In this document: positions 1-8,126 of the stretch, piece after piece
How the letters are laid out: the number at the start of each line of letters is the position of its first letter
Position numbering within the stretch: the stretch's first letter is position 1
Assembly: GCF_900095195.1 (NCBI RefSeq)
Contig: NZ_LT606950.1
Span: 817,207 to 849,206, forward strand
Origin: Polynucleobacter necessarius
GTDB lineage: Bacteria > Pseudomonadota > Gammaproteobacteria > Burkholderiales > Burkholderiaceae
Reading direction: 5' to 3'
Length of the DNA: 32,000 nucleotides
Made by a program: the position numbers and the translations under genes
Notes under the pieces: model-generated
Database searches by the model: none
The model's input: only the letters and a program-made list of their open reading frames with translations
What the model was told of the DNA's origin: nothing

Positions 1-65
1 TTCAGCCCATGGAAGGATTGCTTGACGATCATTGGCAACCATTGACTGGTTCATAATAGCTATCC

Positions 66-1136
66 ATGATCGATCGCTATTCCCTCTTACGCCCCTGGCT
101 CTTTTGCTTAGATCCCGAACAAGCGCATAACCTGACGCTCACGAACTTAGATCGAGCACGGCGCTGGGGATTTCTCAACAAGTTGGTTAGCAAACCGATT
201 TCGGATCCGCAAACTCTGTGCGGCATCACCTTCCCCAATCCTGTTGGACTGGCAGCGGGCCTTGATAAAGATGGTAAGCATATTGATGCGCTGGCTGCGC
301 TGGGTTTTGGTTTTCTAGAAATTGGCACCGTCACACCACGCCCTCAGCCAGGTAACGCAAAGCCTCGTATGTTTCGCCTGCCGCAAGCCCAAGCAATCAT
401 TAACCGTATGGGCTTTAATAATGATGGTGTAAAGGCCTGTGTAGCCCGCGTTCGTCGGTCAGGATTTTGGCAAAACGGTGGTGTTCTTGGTTTAAATATC
501 GGCAAAAACGCGACCACACCGATTGATGATGCAGCCAGTGATTACGTCATGGCCATGGATGCGGTCTATGACATCGCTACCTACATCACGGTTAACATCT
601 CCTCCCCCAATACACAAAATCTCCGGGTCCTTCAAGGTGAAGATATGCTCCGTGATTTACTGCGTCAATTAGGTGATGCGCGAAATCGTTTAAGCGATCG
701 CTTTGGAACGCGTAAGCCACTCTTTTTAAAGATTGCTCCCGACTTAGGTCAAGACGATGTTCATTTGATTGCCGATCTCCTGCTGGAGTTTGGTATTGAT
801 GCCGTGATTGCTACAAACACCACGATCGCACGCGATGCTGTTCAAGGCATGGAATATGGCGAGGAAACAGGCGGACTCTCTGGTGCGCCCGTTCGCGCTG
901 CATCCAATAAAGCCATTAGGGCTTTAAAAGCAAGACTAAAAGATCAACTTCCCATTATTGGTGTGGGCGGCATCATGAGTAGCGCTGACACTAGAGAAAA
1001 GATCATGGCGGGTGCAAGCCTAGTTCAACTCTATAGTGGACTGATTTATCGCGGCCCAGATCTTGTTAATGAGTGTGCCAAGGCGCTTAGACAGCCCATC
1101 CCAACGAAGAACCCTGAGCTCACTCGCCCTTGGTGA
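66..1136 (+). CDS. pyrD: dihydroorotate dehydrogenase (quinone), class 2
   Basis: 356-aa ORF. Family motifs are visible in the translation: [29 protein letters not shown], catalytic-Ser loop NISSPNT, GVGGI. Ends in TGA. Confidence 0.95.
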   Translation: MIDRYSLLRPWLFCLDPEQAHNLTLTNLDRARRWGFLNKLVSKPISDPQTLCGITFPNPVGLAAGLDKDGKHIDALAALGFGFLEIGTVTPRPQPGNAKPRMFRLPQAQAIINRMGFNNDGVKACVARVRRSGFWQNGGVLGLNIGKNATTPIDDAASDYVMAMDAVYDIATYITVNISSPNTQNLRVLQGEDMLRDLLRQLGDARNRLSDRFGTRKPLFLKIAPDLGQDDVHLIADLLLEFGIDAVIATNTTIARDAVQGMEYGEETGGLSGAPVRAASNKAIRALKARLKDQLPIIGVGGIMSSADTREKIMAGASLVQLYSGLIYRGPDLVNECAKALRQPIPTKNPELTRPW

Positions 1137-1234
1137 CGCCTGAGGGTTGCCCTAATTCCAAGCATATTGTCGGCGGTTCTATAAATGACGTTTCATAATA
1201 TGCAATACATCCTGAAATCGCTACAATATCGCCT

Positions 1235-2050
1235 ATGAGCACGGCCAAAACAGTCAAAACCACCAAAAATACTGGGGAAGTCGCCAAGACTGCCATCCAG
1301 GTGGTCGACCGTATGATGAATTTGCTCGATACCCTTGCCATACACGAAGAGTCGAGCAGCCTCAAGGCACTCGCTGAAGAAACGGGTCTCCACCCTTCTA
1401 CGGCTCACCGCATCCTCAATGGAATATGGTCCCTGCCGACTGGTTGAGCGTGGCGATGGTGGCCCTATAGACTGGGTTTAAAACTATTGGAGTTAGGCAA
1501 TCTTGTGAGAAAGCCCGCTTATCGGTTCGTGAAGCCGCTCAAGGTCCAATGCGCACCCTGCACAAGTTAACCGGTGAGACGGTTAATCTCTCAGTACGCC
1601 AAGGCGATGAAATTGTGTACATCGATCGCGCCTATAGCGAGCGTTCAGGCATGCAAGTGGTCCGCGCTATTGGAGGTCGCGCACCATTACATCTAACTTC
1701 CGTTGGAAAACTATTTCTGGCAAGCGACGATGCAAATCAGGTTCGCGCCCATGTGACTCGCACTGGCCTTTCTGGCCATACACGCAACAGCATTACCGAT
1801 TTAGCCAAACTCGAATCTGAACTGAAATCTGAACTGAATCATGTACGCAGAGTGGGGTAGCGCGCGAGACGATGAAGAGCTGGAGCTTGGCGTGAGTTGC
1901 TTGGCTGCATCCATCTTGGATGACACCGGCAAATTGGTAGCCGGCTTATCGCTTAGCGCCCCTACTGACCGTATTCAGGCAGATTGGTTGCGCTCCTTGC
2001 AAGACACTGCCCTTCAAATCTCCAAGAGCATGGGTTACAAACCTAAGTGA
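1235..2050 (+). pseudogene. IclR-family transcriptional regulator, multiply frameshifted
   Basis: ORF fragments 1235-1447, 1549-1860 and 1841-2050 together read as one IclR protein. The wHTH is LKALAEETGLHPSTAHRIL and the effector domain includes GETVNLSVRQGDEIVYIDR and DDEELELGVSCLAASI. Between about 1420 and 1545 the homologous reading (CRLVERGDGG / YRLGLKLLELGNLVR / RLSVREAAQGPMRTL) hops through all three frames. A further +1 shift sits in GGGG 1854-1857. Confidence 0.85.
1815..1838 (+). repeat. perfect 12-bp tandem duplication (atctgaactgaa x2) inside the IclR pseudogene
   Basis: Bases 1815-1826 are identical to 1827-1838. The duplication is in frame and yields ESELKSELNH where relatives would be expected to have a single SEL(N/K) unit. 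Confidence 0.9.
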
Positions 2051-2246
2051 ACCAGGCACCTCGGCCTAGAACCCAACCAGCGTTTTACCATCTACATTAA
2101 GCGACGAATCGGTTGCGCTCCTTGCAAGACACTGCCCTTCAAATCTCCAAGAGCATGGGTTACAAACCTAAGTGAACCAGGCACCTCGGCCTAGAACCCA
2201 ACCAGCGTTTTACCATCTACATTAAGCGACGAATCGGTTGCGCTCC
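1986..2246. repeat. perfect 125-bp tandem duplication plus 11-bp third partial copy
   Basis: Bases 1986-2110 are identical to 2111-2235 by base-by-base reading. The first 11 nt (ggttgcgctcc) recur at 2236-2246. The unit contains the IclR 3' end and stop, the 41-nt spacer, and the last 19 nt (including the stop) of the convergent endopeptidase gene. Confidence 0.97.
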
Positions 2247-3215
2247 CGATGGCATGCGCTCGTACCAATCGCGAACTCGCACTACATCAGCAAAACGCGA
2301 CTGCGTTCCAACCGAGCCCAAGAATACAAGCAAAAGTGGCGTATTGTTCACACGCGCTTGCATTACTAAACACTTGCCTGCCGCATTAATAAAGCCGGTT
2401 TTTTGCAGACCAATATCCATATCGCCTGAGCGCACCAATCGATTGGTGTTCAAGAATTTTTGTGGGCGCTTTGCAATGACCATTGTGAGATCTGGCCAAG
2501 TGGAATACTCACGAATCAATTTATATTGGTAAGCGGCATTGAGCATACGCGTTAAATCTTCGGCTGTAGCTACGTTATCGCTGAGCAAGCCAGTAGGATC
2601 AACAAAACGAGAATGGCCCATACCCAACTCTTTGGCCTTGCGATTCATGGCATCCACAAATGCAGGAATTCCGCCTGGGTAGTTTCGGCCTAAGGTATAG
2701 GCAGCACGGTTCTCAGAGGACATCAGCGCTAAGAGCAACGCTTCCTGACGCGTCAATACCGTCCCGCCAGCCAGGCGTGAGGTGCGATAAATGTGCACAT
2801 CGTCTGCATTGATCACAAGGGTTTCATCAAGCGGTAGTTTGGAATCGAGCACAACCATTGCTGTCATAAGTTTTGTAATGGATGCAATTGGCAAACTCAC
2901 ACCAGGATTTTTCTCAAAATACACTTCTTTTGTATCTTGGTTGACCACCATCGCCACGCTCGACTTTAAATTGAGGTCATCATGCTGACCACGCAGCCCG
3001 AGTGCGGTAGCTAATGATGGTGGTGCAGCGACGACTGGCTCATTAGAGCGCGTTACGGTAATGCGAACGATTTTGGGTTTTTTGGGAGATTTAACAACTA
3101 CTTTAGTGGTTTTGCTCGACTTGTCTTTGCTAGCGGCCAATGCTGGCGCCAAATGAAGTGATGCACCCGCAAACACAGTCGCAACAACTAGCAGCCAAAT
3201 ACGCTTCAAACCCAT
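2217..3215 (-). CDS. pbpG: D-alanyl-D-alanine endopeptidase/carboxypeptidase (peptidase S11, PBP7-like)
   Basis: The ORF track gives 2217-3245. The likely start is the internal ATG at 3215, preceded by gaagg..agggg, which gives the signal peptide MGLKRIWLLVVATVFAGASLHLAPALA. SxxK (SITK), SxN (SEN) and KTG motifs are all present. Confidence 0.85.
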   Translation of the reverse strand: MGLKRIWLLVVATVFAGASLHLAPALAASKDKSSKTTKVVVKSPKKPKIVRITVTRSNEPVVAAPPSLATALGLRGQHDDLNLKSSVAMVVNQDTKEVYFEKNPGVSLPIASITKLMTAMVVLDSKLPLDETLVINADDVHIYRTSRLAGGTVLTRQEALLLALMSSENRAAYTLGRNYPGGIPAFVDAMNRKAKELGMGHSRFVDPTGLLSDNVATAEDLTRMLNAAYQYKLIREYSTWPDLTMVIAKRPQKFLNTNRLVRSGDMDIGLQKTGFINAAGKCLVMQARVNNTPLLLVFLGSVGTQSRFADVVRVRDWYERMPSGAQPIRRLM

Positions 3216-3353
3216 CCCCTGATGACCTTCATAAACATTCAACATACGAGATGATAATTAATTTCCAATCGGGAGAGGCATTTTTACGCCCCAACTTGGG
3301 TTGGAGCCCCTACTCAGCAATCGTGGCGACCGTATCAGTCTGGCGGGCATTGA

Positions 3354-4171
3354 CTAAAACGACCCCGTCATCGTCAAGCAAAGACCTAAGGCCATCATCA
3401 GGGTAAATGGCTCATCAAATAAGAGCCAGGCCATCAGTGCCGTAGTTGGGGGTGTTAGATATAATAGGCTTGTCACTTTTGTTGACGCCCCTTTGCGGAT
3501 CATCATGAACAACAAACTGATTGACCCAATGGATAGCGGAAAGATTGCCCATAAAAGTGCTGTGATAACCGACGCATTCCAAACCATGACGCCCGATTCG
3601 AAGAAATGCATACAGATAAAAACAATATTGCTGAAACACCAAACTGAATCGATGACCCTGCTCGCAGATCAAAGACTGGGCAGAATTTCTTTTGGTACAA
3701 CGTGCCAAAGGTAATGGATAGCAACGCAATAAATGCCAACACATAACTTGCCACAGGAATATGCACAAAACCAATCTTCTCGGCAACGACCAAGGCAACG
3801 CCCGCAAAACCAAAACACAGTCCAATCCACTGGCGTGGGGTTGCCTTCTCTGAAATCCATGCTGCAAACCAAGCCGTCAAAATAGGTTGTAGGCCCACAA
3901 TGATGGCCACTAGACCTGCAGTCATTCCGAGGCGCACCGCAAACCAAACCCCTAATAAGTAGCCGAATTGCAGCAACATACCAGCCACTGCAATCAAAGC
4001 CACCTTTGGGGGTATTTCCGCCATAGCGGCAATCACACCAGCAAAGCGACAAAAGAGAAAGGTAGCTGGCTCAAACGTAGGGCATCGCCAAACGCACGAT
4101 AACGAACCCCGTACCGTACTCCAAATCAAGACAAAGATGGGTGCAATCGCCCTTTCTAGGCTGAGCTTCAT
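3354..4171 (-). pseudogene. EamA/DMT-family transporter, frameshifted
   Basis: The 222-aa ORF (3503-4171) and 85-aa ORF (3354-3611) are the two halves of one 10-TM EamA-type protein (LLYLTPPTTALMAWLLFDEPFTL in the C-terminal half). The frame switches near 3610-3640. In the N-terminus the homologous reading TGFVIVRLAMPYV lies in another frame (about 4075-4120), flanked by two compensating shifts. Confidence 0.8.
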
Positions 4172-4407
4172 GAATATAGGGGGATAAATAAATCGTGTTT
4201 TAGTGAAGCGTTGATTTTAGGGCTTTTTAAAGGGGATCTCTCAATCAACGCCCTATTGCCCTGTTGATTCAAATCAAAAAGGATGGGGCAAACACGGGTG
4301 TAGATGATGCATTGTAATATTTCAGCAATATAATTTAGAAATCATTCTTGACCATTGTAGTCAGCAAGATCATAGTAAATATAGCGAACCCAAAGAAAGG
4401 GATTGGG

Positions 4408-4963
4408 ATGAACTTAACGCCAGAACAAATCGCGGCCGCGCAAAAAGCCAATTTAGAGACCTTAAGCGGGTTTAACCAGTCAAGCACTCCAAAGCATTGA
4501 GCGCTTAGTGGTACTCAATTTAGCGATTGCCAAACAAAGTTTGAGCGATAGCGTTAATAACGCCAAGAAAGCATTAGAAGTGAAAGATATTCAGCAACTT
4601 CTCGCCCATCAAGCGGAAACTGTTCAACCCATTGCTGAGAAAATTATTTCCTATAGTCGTCATTTATATGAACTGGCTCATGAAACACAAGATAGCTTTA
4701 CCAAATCTGCTGAGAAAGAATTTGCGGATGGTCAACAGAAGATGAATGTGCTCGTCGAAGAGTGGACTAAGCATGCTCCTCCAGGATCAGATGCCGCTGT
4801 TCAAGCACTTAAACAAGCAATTGCTTCTGCGAACAACGTTTATGAAACCAGTCAAAAAGCTGTCAAGCATGCTGTTGAGATTGCACAAACCAATATCAGC
4901 ACTGCAGCAGATGCTGTTGTCAAAACTGCTGGCGCTGCAAGCAAAGCCTCCAAGAAAAAATAA
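4408..4963 (+). pseudogene. phaP: phasin (PHA granule-associated protein), frameshifted
   Basis: ATG 4408, with RBS aaggga, opens the typical phasin N-terminus MNLTPEQIAAAQKANLETLS and hits TGA at 4498-4500. The continuation GLTSQALQSIERLVVLNLAIAKQ... lies in the +1 frame and joins the 151-aa ORF 4508-4963. The shift is at GGG 4468-4470. Confidence 0.8.
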
Positions 4964-4983
4964 TCGCATTTTGCCTGCAATGC

Positions 4984-5010
4984 AAAAGCCCCGATCTCTC
5001 GGGGCTTTTT
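4984..5010. terminator. bidirectional intrinsic terminator (phasin / lpdA convergent ends)
   Basis: Stem gccccga (4988-4994) pairs with tcggggc (4999-5005) around loop tctc. It is flanked by aaaa on the left and ttttt on the right. Confidence 0.8.
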
Positions 5011-5029
5011 ATTTGGCGTCCAGAAAGAT

Positions 5030-6805
5030 TTAAGACTTTTTCTTGACCGGTGGTAAATCCGTGCAATGGCCATGCGCTGCTTCAGCAGCCAAGCCAACAG
5101 ATTCGCCAAGGGTTGGATGAGGATGAATGGTTTTACCAATATCCACTGCGTCAGCGCCCATCTCAATTGCTAGACAAACCTCACCAATTAAATCGCCGGC
5201 ATGGGTGCCCACAATGCCCCCACCAATAATGCGACGCGTCTTAGCATCGAAGATGAGTTTGGTGAAGCCTTCATCGCGACCATTAGCAATCGCTCGACCG
5301 CTGGCCGCCCAGGGAAATAAGCCCTTCTCATACGCGATACCCCGCGCCTTACATTGCTCCTCAGTCAGTCCTGCCCAGGCAACCTCCGGAGCGGTATACG
5401 CAACTGAGGGAATCTGTTTCACATCAAAGTACGACTTCTCACCCGCAACAGCCTCAGCAGCGACATGACCTTCATGTACCGCTTTATGCGCCAACATAGG
5501 TTGACCGACTAAGTCGCCAATCGCGAAGATATTGGGAATATTAGTACGCATTTGTTTGTCTACAGCAATAAAGCCGCGCTCATCCACGAGAACGCCTGCT
5601 TTATCAGCATCGATTTTCTTGCCGTTAGGTGTGCGCCCCACAGCAACTAACACAAGGTCATAGGTTTGTGGCTCAGCAGGCGCATTCTCACCTTCAAAGG
5701 TCACTTGAACACCATCAGGCTTGACCTCCGCTTTGGCAGCACGTGTCTTGAGCATGATTTTTTCAAAGCGACCGGCATTGAATTTCTCCCAGACTTTTTC
5801 TAAATCACGATCCGCGCCTGCCATTAGGCCATCCACCATCTCGGCGATATCAATCCGTGACCCCAAAGTGCTGTAGACCGTAGCTATTTCAAGACCAATA
5901 ATGCCGCCACCAATTACTAACATCCGCTTGGGAATGCTCTTAAGCAACAAAGCACCAGTGCTATCCACGATACGGGGATCCTCTGGCAAGAAAGATAATT
6001 TCACTGGCTGACTGCCGGCCGCAATAATGGCTTTCTGAAAACGCACCACTTCTTTTTGACCGGTGAGATCTTGACCATCGCCGCTCGTTAGCTGCACTTC
6101 AACATGGTTAGCATCCAAGAAACGTCCGAGCCCGCGTACAACTTTGACTTTACGAGCTTTTGCCATGCCCGCTAAGCCACCAGTCAATTTAGAAATGACG
6201 GATTCTTTATAGGCTCGCAACTGATCAATTTCAATTTTGGGCGCACCAAAAGTAATGCCATGCTTAGCCATCGTTTTTACTTCATCCATGACAGCAGCGG
6301 TATGCAACAAAGCTTTTGATGGAATACAACCAACATTCAAACACACACCACCCAAGGTAGCGTAACGCTCAACCAATATGATGCTCATTCCTAAATCGGC
6401 GCTACGGAAAGCTGCGCTATAACCGCCAGGACCAGCACCCAATACCAACGTCTCGCATTCATGATCCACCTGGCCGTTGTACTGTCCCGCTTTTGGCGCC
6501 TGAGTAGGGGCTGGCGTGTTAACAATAGGAGCTGGAGTCGCGGCTGGCTTCGCTGCGGGGGCAGCTGCGCTAGCTTCTATTTCCGCAATTACAGAACCTT
6601 TACTGACTTTATCGCCTAACTTCACAGATAGGCTGGTAATGGTTCCAGCAGCATCTGCCGGAACTTCCATTGTTGCTTTATCAGACTCAAGCACCAAGAG
6701 GGGCTGCTCTTTTTCAATAACATCGCCTACTTTTACTAGCACCTCGATTACAGGCACGTCTGCGTAGTCACCAATATCTGGCACTAAGATAGTTTGCATC
6801 GCCAT
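5030..6805 (-). CDS. lpdA: dihydrolipoyl dehydrogenase (E3) with N-terminal lipoyl domain
   Basis: 591 aa. Contains lipoyl motif ESDKATMEVP, an Ala/Pro linker, FAD motif GAGPGGYSAAFR, redox disulfide GGVCLNVGCIPSK and C-terminal HPHPTLGE. Confidence 0.93.
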   Translation of the reverse strand: MAMQTILVPDIGDYADVPVIEVLVKVGDVIEKEQPLLVLESDKATMEVPADAAGTITSLSVKLGDKVSKGSVIAEIEASAAAPAAKPAATPAPIVNTPAPTQAPKAGQYNGQVDHECETLVLGAGPGGYSAAFRSADLGMSIILVERYATLGGVCLNVGCIPSKALLHTAAVMDEVKTMAKHGITFGAPKIEIDQLRAYKESVISKLTGGLAGMAKARKVKVVRGLGRFLDANHVEVQLTSGDGQDLTGQKEVVRFQKAIIAAGSQPVKLSFLPEDPRIVDSTGALLLKSIPKRMLVIGGGIIGLEIATVYSTLGSRIDIAEMVDGLMAGADRDLEKVWEKFNAGRFEKIMLKTRAAKAEVKPDGVQVTFEGENAPAEPQTYDLVLVAVGRTPNGKKIDADKAGVLVDERGFIAVDKQMRTNIPNIFAIGDLVGQPMLAHKAVHEGHVAAEAVAGEKSYFDVKQIPSVAYTAPEVAWAGLTEEQCKARGIAYEKGLFPWAASGRAIANGRDEGFTKLIFDAKTRRIIGGGIVGTHAGDLIGEVCLAIEMGADAVDIGKTIHPHPTLGESVGLAAEAAHGHCTDLPPVKKKS

Positions 6806-6822
6806 AAATCTATCTACCTTCC

Positions 6823-8112
6823 TTACAGGGTGGCACGACGGAAGTCGGCTAAGAGTTGAGCAATATAAACATTAAAGCGTGTCGCTAATGCCCCATCAAT
6901 TACGCGATGATCAGCAGATAACAATAGTGGGCAAATCAAGCGTGGCACAAATTGTTTACCGTCCCACACTGGCTTCATGGCAGCTTTACTAACTCCCAAA
7001 ATAGCAACTTCAGGCGCGTTCACAATGGGTGAGAAGTACGTACCGCCGATACCGCCCAGAGAGGAAATGGTGAAGCTCGCGCCCTGCATTTGATCAGGTT
7101 TTAATTTGCCATCACGCGCCAACGCAGCCAATTCAGAAGTTTCCTTGGCCAATTCAAAAATACCCTTCTTGTCAGCATCTTTAATGACTGGCACAATAAG
7201 ACCTGTGGGCGTATCTGCAGCAAATCCAATATTGAAATACTTCTTCAGGATTAAATCGTCACCATCGAGCGAGCTATTAAACTCCGGATATTTTTTCAAT
7301 GCCGCAACTGCTGCTTTCATTAAGAATGCGAGCATCGTAATCTTGACGCCCTTCTTCTCGTTCTCTTTGTTGATGAGTACACGGAATGCCTCTAAATCGG
7401 TGATGTCCGCATCCTCGTGATAAGTCACCGCAGGAATCATCACCCAATTGCGACCAAGATTGGCTGCAGTAAGTTTCTTGATGCGGTTTAGCGGTTGACG
7501 CTCGATCTCACCAAACTTCGTGAAATCTACTTTTGGCCAAGGAATGAGGTTTAGTCCACCGAGACTACCGCCACTAGGCGCAGCTGCAGGGCTACCCGCA
7601 CCACTACTCATTGCCGCCTTCACAAAAGCTTGCACGTCTTCTTGAGTAATGCGGCCTTTTGGTCCAGAGCCTTTTACTTGGGCAATCGTGACACCTAATT
7701 CGCGAGCGAACTTACGAACCGATGGACTAGCGTGACTAAAGGCAACATCCACTTGGGGCGCAGGATTACTTAACGGGGGAAGCGCAGGTGCTCTTGGAAT
7801 TGGAGGTTCAACAGCTTTTGCAGCAGCAGCACTTGGCGCTGGAGCGCTAGCAGCTGGTGCAGCAGAAGTAGACGCCCCTTCCAAGATAACCACTACAGAA
7901 CCCTCGGAAAGCGTATCGCCAGCTTTCACTTTGACTTCCTTGACAACACCAGCATGGGAAGAAGGCACATCCATTGTGGCTTTATCCGATTCCAATACAA
8001 CAATGGATTGCTCTTTCTCAACAGCATCACCAACTTTGACGAGCACCTCTATCACAGGAACGTCTTTGTAGTCACCAATGTCCGGTACTTTAATTTCAAT
8101 AATTTGACTCAT
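6823..8112 (-). CDS. aceF: dihydrolipoyllysine-residue acetyltransferase (PDH E2), single lipoyl domain
   Basis: 429 aa. Contains lipoyl domain (ESDKATMDVP), Ala/Pro-rich linkers, an E3-binding domain (SPSVRKFARELGV) and the catalytic motif DHRVIDGA. Confidence 0.93.
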   Translation of the reverse strand: MSQIIEIKVPDIGDYKDVPVIEVLVKVGDAVEKEQSIVVLESDKATMDVPSSHAGVVKEVKVKAGDTLSEGSVVVILEGASTSAAPAASAPAPSAAAAKAVEPPIPRAPALPPLSNPAPQVDVAFSHASPSVRKFARELGVTIAQVKGSGPKGRITQEDVQAFVKAAMSSGAGSPAAAPSGGSLGGLNLIPWPKVDFTKFGEIERQPLNRIKKLTAANLGRNWVMIPAVTYHEDADITDLEAFRVLINKENEKKGVKITMLAFLMKAAVAALKKYPEFNSSLDGDDLILKKYFNIGFAADTPTGLIVPVIKDADKKGIFELAKETSELAALARDGKLKPDQMQGASFTISSLGGIGGTYFSPIVNAPEVAILGVSKAAMKPVWDGKQFVPRLICPLLLSADHRVIDGALATRFNVYIAQLLADFRRATL

Positions 8113-8126
8113 GAATTGTTCTCACC

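Noticed and set aside
1-54. Possible 5' end of a divergent minus-strand gene (MNQSMVANDRQAILPWAE...).
   Set aside because: Only 18 codons are visible, with no clear RBS and no recognisable family. That is too little to support a feature.
3415-4052. 150-aa and 127-aa minus-strand ORFs.
   Set aside because: They are alternative frames of the EamA pseudogene region. Their composition is Cys/Arg/Trp-rich and typical of out-of-frame reading.
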